Shown: positions 12,483 through 22,984 of the stretch, piece by piece
Layout of the letters: each line of letters starts with the position of its first letter
How positions within the stretch are numbered: position 1 is the first letter of the stretch
Assembly (NCBI RefSeq): GCF_028641065.1
Contig: NC_073387.1
Location: forward strand, 21,762,001 to 21,826,000
Length of the DNA: 64,000 bases
From: Leucoraja erinacea
Lineage: Eukaryota
Reading direction: 5' to 3'
Program-made: the position numbers and the translations under genes
Notes under the pieces: generated by a model
The model's input: only the letters and a program-made list of their open reading frames with translations
Databases searched by the model: none
Told to the model about the DNA's origin: nothing

Positions 12483-12720
12483 TAGAGTCTTAGAGTCATG
12501 CAACGTGTAGACAGGCCATTCGGTCAAACCTCTAAAACAACGACCAACCTGCCCCATCCACACTAGTCCCACCTGCCTGCGTTTCCCCTATTAATCTCTA
12601 AACCTACCCATTCCATGTACCCGTATAAATGCTTCTTAAACGTTGCATTAGTACCTATCTCAAGTACGTCCTCCAGCAGCTGGATTCATATACAGACCAC
12701 CATCCGTGCTAAAAGATTAC
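12483..12720 (-). mobile_element. CR1/HE1-type 3' end fragment
   Basis: AGAGTC tandem tail followed by ACAGGCCATTCGG...TAGTCCCACCTGCCTGCG...CCATGTACC..TAAATG; typical CR1-family 3' UTR in reverse. Confidence 0.55.
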
Positions 12721-12799
12721 CCTTTGTTTCACCATTTCTGTCTTTTCATCTCTGGCCTATGCCTATCATATCCACCTTAACCTTTATTCAGCAGTTACC

Positions 12800-13180
12800 C
12801 CCCAGGCTTTGTTTTGTCCTTGCTCTCTTCCAGGCTCTTCCTCTTCCATACCACAATCAGTCTAAGGAATGGTCCTGACCCGAAACGTCATCCATCCATG
12901 TTCTCCAACCCAATTGCACGACCTGCCGAATTACTCCAGCCCTTCGTGTCTTTTTGTTCGCTGTGGATGTCAGCTTGTTTCCAGTAAATGTCAGTGGTAA
13001 ATGTCTCCTGAGATGGACACACATCCAGAAGAGGGAAGGAAGAGTCAGAAATGATCCAAGTTAATATGAGAACGTGGTGCAAGTTATTAGCGAAGATTAT
13101 TAATTTCATGACTTTCAAATGATGTCGGAAGCAGCAGCAATCCATATATTGTCGTCATGGAGCAAGAGTTGGATAGCGCT
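12800..13180. mobile_element. Penelope-like element: plus-strand terminal repeat joined to an inverted (minus-strand) RT fragment
   Basis: ORF 12888-13145(-) FANNLHHVLILTWIISDSSFPLLDV...TDIYWKQADIHS resembles the Penelope RT C-terminal region (FTW.IS...LPFLD...TDIYYKPTDSH). Terminal repeat with GACCCGAAACGTC at ~12877-12889. Confidence 0.7.
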
Positions 13181-13219
13181 ATCAGAGAAGGCTTAAACAA
13201 AGATAGATTCAAAGTCCCG

Positions 13220-13345
13220 ATGGACACAGCGGTTCAGACAGCATCTCCGGAGAAAGGGGGTGGATGACTAGAGATGCTGCCTGACCCGCTTTACTCCAGC
13301 ATTTTGTTATCTTTGGTATAAACCAGCAACTACAGTTATTTGTTT
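13220..13345. mobile_element. Fold-back pair of Penelope-like terminal fragments
   Basis: CAGCGGTTCAGACAGCATCTC followed by its near reverse complement GAGATGCTGCCTGACCCGCT. Confidence 0.55.
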
Positions 13346-13833
13346 TTACAGGCTTCGAACAAATTCTGGATTTTCAGCTTCCAAAATCCTATCCACTATA
13401 TCGGCGAGCACAGTCTACCAAACACAGACAAGGCGGCATTGGAGATTTGATTGAAGGCATGTGATCACTGGCGTGCCATGGGGCGAATTTTGTGTTTACT
13501 GTCATCCACATTAACGATTTTGATTAGTATATATATGACATGGATGCCAACAAAATTGGTGGGGTTTTGGACCGAAGAAGGTTATTTAAGATGAAGTAGA
13601 GAAATGTGCGCCTGAATGGCAGGTTGACCTTAACTCCGAAAAGTAAGAGGTGTTGCATTTAGATAAGTGAAACTAGGATAGGACTTTCACTGTATATGTC
13701 AAGAGGAACACGAGAGAATAGAAACACCGTAATTCCCCCGAAGTGGCGATACATTTAAACAAGGTGGAGAAAAAGGCATTCGGCGTACAGGCTCTATTTC
13801 GTCATGAGATTGCGTACAAGAGTCACATTATAA

Positions 13834-14097
13834 CATGAGGAACAGCACCTCATATTCCGTTTGGGGAGTCTGCATCCCGGGGGCATGAACATCGAATTCT
13901 CCCAATTTTGTTAGTCCCTGCTGTCTCCTCCCATCCCCCAGCCTTCGGGCTCCTCCTCCTTTTTCCTTTCTTGTCCCCGCCCACCCCCCCGCCCCCGATC
14001 AGTCTGAAGAAGGGTTTCGGCCCGAAACGTTGCCTATTTCCTTCGCTCCATAGATGCTGCTGCACCCGCTGAGTTTCTCCAGCTTTTTTGTATAACC
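13834..14097 (+). mobile_element. Penelope-like element 3' fragment (end of GIY-YIG ORF plus terminal repeat with hammerhead core), flanked by an 11-bp TSD
   Basis: Encodes EEQHLIFRLGSLHPGGMNIEFSQFC*. TCACATTATAA is duplicated at 13823-13833 and 14098-14108. Confidence 0.8.
14004..14031 (+). ncRNA. Minimal type I hammerhead ribozyme-like core (Penelope-associated)
   Basis: CTGAAGA-A-GGGT(TTCG)GCCC-GAAA-CG-TT: CUGANGA box, stem II with UUCG loop, GAAA, palindromic ACGU stem III, UH. Stem I pairing is weak. Confidence 0.55.
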
Positions 14098-15464
14098 TCA
14101 CATTATAATATGCCTAGTTGTTGGCGAGAATGCAGGCGGAATATTGTTTGCATTGCTTCTCACAAAGCTATAGGACGGATGTCATTAAGTTGGAAATGGT
14201 ACAGAAGTTTTCACGATTGTTACTGGGGCTAAACGGCTGCGAGTTGAGAATGGATAGGCTGTGAGTTCATTTTTTTCTTGGAGCATAGAACATTAAGTAC
14301 GACCATATAAAGTCTCGAGGTGTCTAGATGTATTGGTTATTCACAGCCATGTTCCATGAGCTGGGGAATATAAAACCAGAGGATATATATTTAAGATGAG
14401 ATGAAAAGATAATATTTAAAGGGCCCCGTGGGATAGTTTTTTCAGACAGAGTGTGGTGGGTATATGGAATGAGCCGCAAGAGTAAACTGCGGAGGCAGAT
14501 CTAATTATAATGTCCAAAATACATTTAGAACAGTACGAGGATAATAATGATTTAGAGGGATATTAACCCAACGCACGCAAATTGGATTAACGCAATAGGT
14601 AGGCCACTTTATCGTCTGGGACAAGTTGGATCTACGGGCCTCTAACTGTGCTGTATAAGCCTGTAACTCTATGCCGCCCTCTCCTGGTTTCATCCATCTA
14701 CTACTCATACACTGATCCTACAGGATCGCCTGGTCATCTGGTTCCGTGCACATAAAAGGTTCAATTCGAATCTATGTTCCTTATTAGTTCCCAGCATTTG
14801 TATCCTCCGTGTCACCCTCATCACTCTCCAGCCTCCATTTCCACCTCCAACCTCCTCCTGAACCTTGACCTGGCTCCATCTGTCCCAATACTTTCTATTT
14901 CTTTCCACTGTCCTTCCACCTATCACCCAACAACTCTATATCCAAAATCAGCATCTCACCCTGCACCACGTGTTTCCATCTGCCAATCACTCTCAGCCCT
15001 CCTCGGTCCTCATATCTCCCAACCCACCAGTTTATACCGACTACCTTTCCTTCGCATTTTTAGTCCTGGTGCAGCATTGAGACCCGGAACCTTGACAATT
15101 TGCTTTCCTGCACCGATGCTAATCGGTCAGCTGAGATTCTCCGATAGAATTTACTTGCACTAGATTGCAGTATCAGCCGTGCCTTGTGTTTGATGTTGAA
15201 CTGAATATAGTCGGAGACGGTTGGTAGATAATGCAAATGTTACTTATAGTAGTGAGAGTGTATTGTTTTTTAATAAATTACTCATCTTTCAAAGACCCCC
15301 TGATCCCACTGTACATATCGGTAGCGTACAAATAATTATGTGTTGGGTTATTATTGTTTGTTATATGTATTAATCATTTGGACCGTATTGTAGGAAGTGT
15401 GATTGGTAAATTTTCAGATGTAACAAGAATTGGTGCCGCACTGAGCGTAAGGAGAATAGTTGGA

Positions 15465-15553
15465 AACACAAAATGCTGGAGTAACTCAGCGGGTAAGGCA
15501 GCATCTATGGAGAGAAGGAATGGGTGACGTTCCGGGTCGAGATCTTCAGCTGA
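15465..15553 (-). mobile_element. Penelope-like terminal fragment (hammerhead core mutated)
   Basis: ACACAAAATGCTGGAGTAACTCAGCGGG...GACGTTCCGGGTCGAGATCTTCAG. Confidence 0.65.
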
Positions 15554-16017
15554 CGATTGAGTCACAAAATAGTAATTGGTTTTTAAGATAAACAGAGTTT
15601 GTCAGATGAAATGTAATGTTGTTCAAAACGCTGTTATGCACGTTGGGAAGATTAATACGGGTAGGCCCTACATAATGATTAGGAGGGCACAATCAACTAA
15701 TGTGTAACATAAATACATTGGTAGTTAATCACCAAAGATCAATGAATGCTGCAACACTCATGGATAAGGTGGTTAAGAAGCCATATGCGATGCTTGTTTT
15801 TATCTGCTAGATTATAGGAAATCCTGGAGGGAGGTTGTAATACAAATTATTGGATATTTGCATGCTGCAGCTGGGATGTAACTCTACTCGTCGCACTGCA
15901 GCTAACACTGCAGTGATTTCCATGGGCAGATGCAGATGAAAGGCACCAAGGTGTTTCTTACTTTGGAGTGTTTTCGTAATGAGGTGCTGGCATATAGTTT
16001 AATGAAATAGTACGGGC

Positions 16018-16244
16018 NNNNNNNNNNNNNNNNNNNNNNNNNNNNNNNNNNNNNNNNNNNNNNNNNNNNNNNNNNNNNNNNNNNNNNNNNNNNNNNNNNN
16101 NNNNNNNNNNNNNNNNNNNNNNNNNNNNNNNNNNNNNNNNNNNNNNNNNNNNNNNNNNNNNNNNNNNNNNNNNNNNNNNNNNNNNNNNNNNNNNNNNNNN
16201 NNNNNNNNNNNNNNNNNNNNNNNNNNNNNNNNNNNNNNNNNNNN
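16018..16244. other. Assembly gap (N run)
   Basis: Run of N. Confidence 1.
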
Positions 16245-17022
16245 CCTCGATAGCAGCGCGCAGCATTCTCCTCTCCCCTCTCCCCTCGCGGCGACGGAGA
16301 GATGAAGAGGGAGAGATTCACGGAAGGCCTCCAGCGTCCCGGTCCCGTGGACACCGCGTGTTCCCTCTCCAGGGACATGCAAGCACGACGTAGGCCCGGA
16401 AATGGGGCAAGCAGCCGACTTGGTGTGACCATCCACCGCCCGCTGCCTGGACCCGCGAATGGGCATCTCGGCCATGTGAACCTGATTACGACGTGGACGG
16501 GAAAAATGTGAGTAAGAATATGTAAAAATGTAAGCACTAACGCGTAGTGTTTTGAGGAAGATACAAAGCATACTTACAACACACACACATACAACACATA
16601 TACATACAATATGAGACTTTTATACGTATATAGATTGGTTTATTGCTAAGCATGAAATTGATTCTTACAATAATTGTCAGTTCAATGTGCTTGTCAAAGA
16701 GAACTAGCAGAGCAGTGGAAAGGTGATGAAGATATGTGGGAATGTATTACAATAGAGCAAAAACTGTTGACTTTAAAATGTGTAGGTATTTTCAAAGAGT
16801 AATACAGCTAAAATACAATAATACAGTTGAGATAAAAGATCCACATATGCGCTTAAGTACTTGTTAGTAAGTGCGAGCATAATAAAGCTATTTCCACAAC
16901 AGACAAACAAGAATAACATGGAGATTCGAAAGTATCGGTAAAACTTACCGATTCATACGTCCCTTAACAAAAATTTGCTAACAAAATGTATTCAGCGCCA
17001 TTTCATGTAAAAAAAAATCAAT

Positions 17023-19405
17023 TCATTTTCTTGCGCTGTTTTCCCTGACACTCGCCTCATTGAAAGGCAATGTTGGATGGCATGGTTTCAGAAAGAGGAA
17101 ATCACTTTTCGAAGATTCAGGTGACAAACACACAGTATAACGGTAACCTTCGGTCTGACCAGAACCAATATAATCCGCATCCTCGTTTGCAACTTGACGC
17201 TGATGAAAGATCATATCCGAATTATTACGGTCCGAGCAGCAAACGCTAGTGCTGTACCTTTCTTCAATATTTCTGTCTTGTTTAAACTTCACCACCAGCA
17301 AACAAATAATAGTTATCAGAAACAGAAAAGACGTTGATCCTAAAGCGACGACTAAATACAGATTGAGATTCAAACGTTGTTTCTTCTCATTGGGCTCGAT
17401 GGAGATTTCAGACGATAGCACTGTACTGTTAGGCAAGAATATGAAAATGACTGTGGCTGTACTGGAAAGGCTGGGTTGTCCATTATCCTTTACACAGAGG
17501 ACAAATATTTTTGTGATCAGGTCTTGGTCTTCTAAACTTCTAGTTGCTCGGATTTCACCAGATAGAACATCCAAAGTGAACAAACTGTTGTCTGTGGGTT
17601 CCAATTGTAAATAGGAAAGCCTTGCGTTTTGACCAGAATCTGCATCAGTTGCAATTACCTTGGTGACCAAGTAGCCCGAGTGTACAGACTGGGGCACAAT
17701 GTCCAGCGATGCTGAACCATTCCATATCAAAGGCGAAACAATTACTGGGGGCATTGTCATTTTGGTCCAAAATTATAACATTTACGGTAACAGTGCCGCT
17801 CAGTGATGGAGTTCCAGAATCTCGAGCTTGCACTTTGAATTGGAAATGCTTCAATTCTTCATAGTCAAAGGAAATCAGTGCGTATACGTCGCCATTCTTA
17901 GAGTTCATTGTGACAAATCGCGACTCGAAGCCCTCATCTAGAATGCTGTAAATTACGTCACCGTTTGGACCAATATCAGAATCGATTGCGGAAACAGCAA
18001 ATATGGAAGATCCCGGTGTATTGTTTTCCATTAAATAAACATTATACTTTGTTTGTGTGAATCGAGGTGAGTTATCATTTATGTCAGAAACTGAAATCAA
18101 GACATTTTCCTGCGATGAAAGAGACGGTGAACCACCATCCCATGCTGATATAGAGATGTTATACACTGTGGTTATTTCACGATCCAAAACATCACTGGTA
18201 ATCAAATTGTAATTATTGATAGAATATTGTTCAAGTTTAAACGGAAACTCTTTTGGAATTTGACAATAGACATGACCATTTTTCTCGGAATCTAGATCAG
18301 TTACACTGATTGATGCAACGACGGTTCCAGGTTGTGCGTTTTCAGGAACCGTACTGGAAGACGAGATGACCTGTATCTCGGGAGCATTGTCATTTACATC
18401 AGTTATGGCGATAATAACCTTTGCTTTGCCCGTCAATCGGGGTGAACCATTGTCTATTGCTTTTACATCAAGTTCATAAAAGTGCGATTCCTCAAAATTT
18501 AGCGTTCCTTCAACAGTGATCTGTCCTGTTTGCGGATCCAGTTTGAAGAGCTCACGGATCGATTGAGGAACGTGATTTGTGAAACTGTATGTGAGTGCTG
18601 CATTGCTGCCTTCATCCAAATCGGCTGCGGTGATTTTTGTCGCCAGCGTTCCTTTCGGGGCGTTCTCTGATAACGTTGCGCTGTATGTTTCATGTTCAAA
18701 TTGAGGGGCGTTGTCATTCCCATCCTCTACTGTAATGATAACGCGGGCTGTGCCTGATCTGCGCGGATTCCCACCATCAATGGCGGTGAGTGTGAGCTGA
18801 AACGTCGCCTGCTGCTCACGGTCCAAGGTTTTCTCCAACAGCAGCTCTGCAGTCTTACTGCCGCCCCGTCTTGTCTGCACTTTAATACCGAAGTGGTCGT
18901 TCGGACTGATCTGGTAAGTGTTAATTGTATTTGTACCGACATCGGGATCACTCGCGCTCTCGAACGGAAACTCCGCCCCCGGCGTAATCTGTTCACTTAT
19001 ATTAAAATAATATTCACTCTCATGAAAACTGGGTGAATTATCGTTTATATCGAGGATTGCAACCGCGATACTATATATTTCCTTGGGATTATGGAGCGCA
19101 ATTTGTAAAGACAGGGAGCACGTAAGCCTTTGCTTGCACAGCTGCTCTCTGTCGATTCTTTCGCTCACAAATAAATGACCATCATCCACATTTACCTCGA
19201 GGAACTGCTTCCTTTCATCGGAGACCAGGATAGGGCTGCGAGCCGGTAACTCCCATTCGTTTAATCTTAAATCCTGAGCGATATTCCCAACAAAGGCTCT
19301 AAGCTCCATTTCCTCGGGAATCGAGTAATGAAGCTGCGCCGAGACTATGCCCGACATGCAGACAAGGAAAGCAAAAGACGACACGCAGTTCAATACATTC
19401 GCCAT
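17023..19405 (-). pseudogene. Clustered protocadherin, gene 2 (subfamily A), split by a +1 frameshift at G5 run 17747-17751 (young pseudogene or assembly error)
   Basis: Start AACAATGGCGAAT at 19405; EC1-EC5 intact. The sequence reads GAC AAT GCC CCC AGT instead of GCC CCA GTA ATT. The downstream frame (ORF 17023-17760) holds EC6, TM and VCLSPESSKSDFLFLKPC. Removing one base gives 793 aa. Confidence 0.85.
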
Positions 19406-19585
19406 TGTTCTGAGAGAAATATGCAGCAAATTACTTAATAAAAACCTGTTTTTCAATATCCTAATCTATCCTATGCCGTAACTGTATTGACGTTTACACG
19501 GAAAATGCTGAATTAATATGGCCGTGCAAGGTAAGCGCCTGTTCTGTTCGTCTCCTCCACTCTGCTCTGCGTTTTCGTGACGGAG

Positions 19586-19684
19586 AGGGGTCGATCTCTT
19601 GCAGCCTCTCGTTCCTCATTGGTGGACAGCGACACGAGGAGTTCCAACCAATAACTGCAGCAAATGTTCTTAAAGCGTGACTGC
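19586..19684 (-). promoter_or_regulatory. Pcdh promoter module (CSE plus CCAAT), gene 2
   Basis: Plus strand ATTGG 19618, AGCG 19628, CCAAT 19648, TTAAAGC 19670; intact. Confidence 0.85.
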
Positions 19685-20920
19685 TTCCATGGCGTTTCAC
19701 ATGTACTGAACTTCATATTTATGGGTGCGCATTGAAAAATATCTAGATCCCTTTAAAAAATATCAGGTTATGGCTCACCCTTGTTGGGAAATACAGTTGC
19801 TGTAGGCAACATCCTGGAATATTTAAGACATGGTTCATTTTGCCCCTATTGAGTTTAGCTGAATATGACCGCTTATATTCCAGGTTTGTTCTTGCGCATT
19901 ATAACCCTGCCTGTTCAAATGCACAATATATTTCAGTCATTTATAGAAATCATGTTAAAATCCCATTCCCCTACGTCAATTTGTTTTTTGAACTGAACAC
20001 CATGATTAGCTTTGTTGATATTTGTCTATTTCTGATAATGTATTAAATCTCAATGCAGGTTTTTTTTAATACAAAGCAAAATGACAAAATGGGTATTTTG
20101 AATTCGAAATATTGGCGCTAAGTGTAGATAATTAGAAATATATGGAATTTTGTTATAATTGTGAAAACGCCATGTCTAATTAACTATACTTATTTCATTG
20201 GCCATCTTAAGTGGGCAATTTTCTGGTTTTCGAAATGCAACTAGAGGATTTGCACGGGGAATGGTGTAGAATGTTTTGCGATGTACGTATCTAATTTGGA
20301 TTAACGCACAAAGGCGTGGTTGTTAAATTTTCAGCTGCTCTTTAATAGTACATGTGTGCCGAAAGCGACCCTCGAAGGCTACTAAAAAGAGTAAATAAAA
20401 TTTACCTGATAGGAGAACAATCTGGCAAAATAACGTGGGAGAAATTGGAACTGGACTATTCGGCTAGAAGAAGACGTGAAATAAGCCATCAAAACGATGA
20501 AAGGTTGTTGAGCTCTTGCACAAAATGAATCAGCATGTATTGTTCCACGTTTCCGGTTTTTAAAAAAATATATATGGAAGGAGTGTAGGTAATTGGGAAA
20601 GTTGGCTGAATTATGTCATTGTTTTGCTCAGTCATAGTCATACCTCACACACACGGGCTCGTAGGCCCAACTCCTCAATGTCAACCAAGGTGTTCCCAGG
20701 TAAACTCATCATATTCCCCCGAGCCTGACCTATATCCCTTTGAATCTTTCATATCCATATATCTGTCCGGGTATCTTTTCAATGTTGTTACCTTGATCGC
20801 GTTTATTGCTTTATTCCATTCTACCCGTACACCTTTCGGATAGTTAAAATCCAGCTAAATTTCTTGATATATACGCGTGGTTTTTTAAGTATTTTTTCTC
20901 CAAAGTATTAGTTTTGTACG

Positions 20921-21050
20921 GTACACAAAAATGCTGGAGAAACTCAGCGGGTGCAGCAGCATCTATGGAGCGAAGGAAATAGGCAACGTTTCGGGCCGAA
21001 ACCTTTCTTCAGACTCCGAAGGAAATAGGCAACGTTTCGGGCGGAAACAT
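20921..21050 (-). mobile_element. Penelope-like terminal fragment with hammerhead core (20985-21012) and a tandem partial duplicate
   Basis: CGAAGGAAATAGGCAACGTTTCGGGC occurs twice. Minus strand reads CTGAAGAAAGGTTTCGGCCCGAAACGTT. Confidence 0.7.
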
Positions 21051-21360
21051 TTTGCCCATTGTTTGTCCGATTTTAACCCCATCCCAATTCTTACGCACAT
21101 TGCAATCTTTGCAAATATAAAAACTACTTTAACATAATATTCACATTTACCTCTTTAGTCAGCCAATAATTCGTCGTGGATGTCGCCATTCTCATTAATG
21201 TACTTGTTAACGTTGAATTTCAAAATGTATCGACTTCTTGCCTTCACCAGAGTAGAAGACCTCAGATGCGCATTGGCATGGCAAACTGGGTGCACACATG
21301 TTTTTCGATCATGAGCAAGTGCTGTATTTTACCTATGGTGTGGTGGTGGTGCGATGGGTC

Positions 21361-22117
21361 ATAGACACATATACATAGAAAATAGGTGCAGGAGTAGGCC
21401 ATTCGGCCCTTCGAGCCTGCACCGCAATTCAATATGATCATGGCTGATCATCCAACTCAGTATCCTGTTCCTGCCTTCTCTCCATACCCCCTGATCCCTT
21501 TAGCCACAAGGGCCACATCTAACTCCCTCTTAAATATAGCCAATGAACTGGCCTCAACTACCTTCTGCGGGAGAGAATTCCAGAAATTCACCACTCTCTC
21601 TGTGTAAAAAAGGTTTTCCTCATCTCGGTCCTAAAAGATTTCCCCCTTATCCTTAAACTGTGACCCCTTGTTTTGGACTTCCCCAACATCGGGAACAATC
21701 TTCCTGCATCTAGCCTGTCCAACCCCTTAAGAATTGTGTACGTTTCTATAAGATCCCCCCTCAATCTTCTAAATTCTAGCGAGTACAAACCGAGTCTATC
21801 CAGTCTTTCTTCATATGAAAGTCCTGACATCCCAGGAATCATTCTGGTGAACCTTCTCTGAACTCCCTCTATGGCAAGAATGTCTTTCCTCAGATTAGGA
21901 GACCAAAACTGTACGCAATACTCCAGGTGTGGTCTCACCAAGACCCCGTACAACTGCAGTAGAGCCTCCCTGCTCCTATACTCAAATCCTTTTGCTATGA
22001 ATGCTAACATACCATTCGCCTTCTTCACTGCCTGCTGCACCTGCATGCCTACTTTTAATGACTGGTGTACCATGACACCCAGGTCTCGTTGCATCTCCCC
22101 CTTTCCTAATCGGCCAT
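21361..22117 (-). mobile_element. CR1 LINE 3' fragment (young)
   Basis: Open frame QRDLGVMVHQSLK...LVRPHLEYCVQFWSP...KTRGHSLRIRG; ACATAGA-type tail. Nearly identical to 53857-54216. Confidence 0.92.
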
Positions 22118-22261
22118 CGGGTCTGTTCGGTTGTAGTTCAGTCCGCGTGATCGTCCACCAAGCTCTCTGTTTCAATTATCATTTTACCTCTGCTCCTCAG
22201 TGATGTGAAGAAAACTGACTTTTATAATATGTTTCGGTAATCAAGCCACAACAGTATAGAA

Positions 22262-22346
22262 TAAAAATGCCGGAGAAACTCAGCGGGTGAGGCAGCGTCT
22301 ATAATCGAAGGAATAGGTGACGTTTCGGGTCGAGACCCTTCTTCAG
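22262..22346 (-). mobile_element. Penelope-like terminal fragment with intact hammerhead core (22319-22346)
   Basis: Minus strand CTGAAGA-A-GGGT(CTCG)ACCC-GAAA-CG-TC. Confidence 0.7.
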
Positions 22347-22531
22347 CCCAATTAACCTACACACGTCTTTGGAGTATGGGAGGAAACCGAAGATCTCGGA
22401 GAAAACCCACGCGGCTATTGGGGGATAACGTGCAAACTCCGTAGAGGAAGCAGCCCTGGTCGGGATCGAACCCTGGTATCTGGCGCAGCAAGCGCTGGAA
22501 GACAGCAACTCCACCGCTGCTCCACCGTGCC
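22347..22531 (-). mobile_element. tRNA-derived SINE (HE1/V-SINE type), 3'-truncated
   Basis: Minus strand GGCACGGTGGAGCAGCGG (A box), GGTTCGATCCC (B box), then the V-domain-like GGAGTTTGCACGTT...GCGTGGGTTTTCTCC...GGTTTCCTCCCA..CTCCAAAGACGT. Confidence 0.8.
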
Positions 22532-22984
22532 GACTTACGCTACGTCTACTTCGCTTTGGATGAATTGCACCAATTAATATGAATAAAGTGATTCCAAGAT
22601 AATGAATGTAAATAAGGTGAATTAACATCTTTCGCGTTTGCGAAGTAAAATTAATAGTTATTAAACTACTTTTCTAGTAGTTTATTCAAAGACGTTTAGA
22701 GTGCATTGGCAATTTATTGCTAAAGGTAATGTACAGCACACATGTATTTACACAATACTACATCAATAGTGTGCATCCGCCTTATTTACGCATGGTGTTG
22801 CAGATGAGGATTCTAATTGGAGACATTTCAATACCGTTCGATATTTTCAGCTTTAAGTATTTTTAATAATAGTGGGACGGAACATAGCAGCCATGAGGCT
22901 ATTATACAGTGATTTCCCAAATATTCTTGAATCTATGAAGGTAGCATTGAATCTGGAGCGACTAAAGATTACAAAGTGAATTTC

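Larger units (their letters stand above)
13440..14660 (+). mobile_element. Old, highly degenerate CR1 LINE (interrupted by the PLE at 13834-14097)
   Basis: Decayed CR1 RT and 3' motifs (GTGATCACTGGCGTGCC, AAAATTGGTGG, GAGGTGTTGCATTT, TTTTTCAGACAGAGTGTGGTGGGTATATGGAATGAG). Confidence 0.6.

Noticed and set aside
19406-19456. 17-aa N-terminal extension of gene 2
   Set aside because: Non-ATG start from the ORF caller; the conserved MAN start is at 19405.
22440-22531. tRNA gene
   Set aside because: It has A/B boxes but continues into a SINE core with no complete cloverleaf; called as a SINE.
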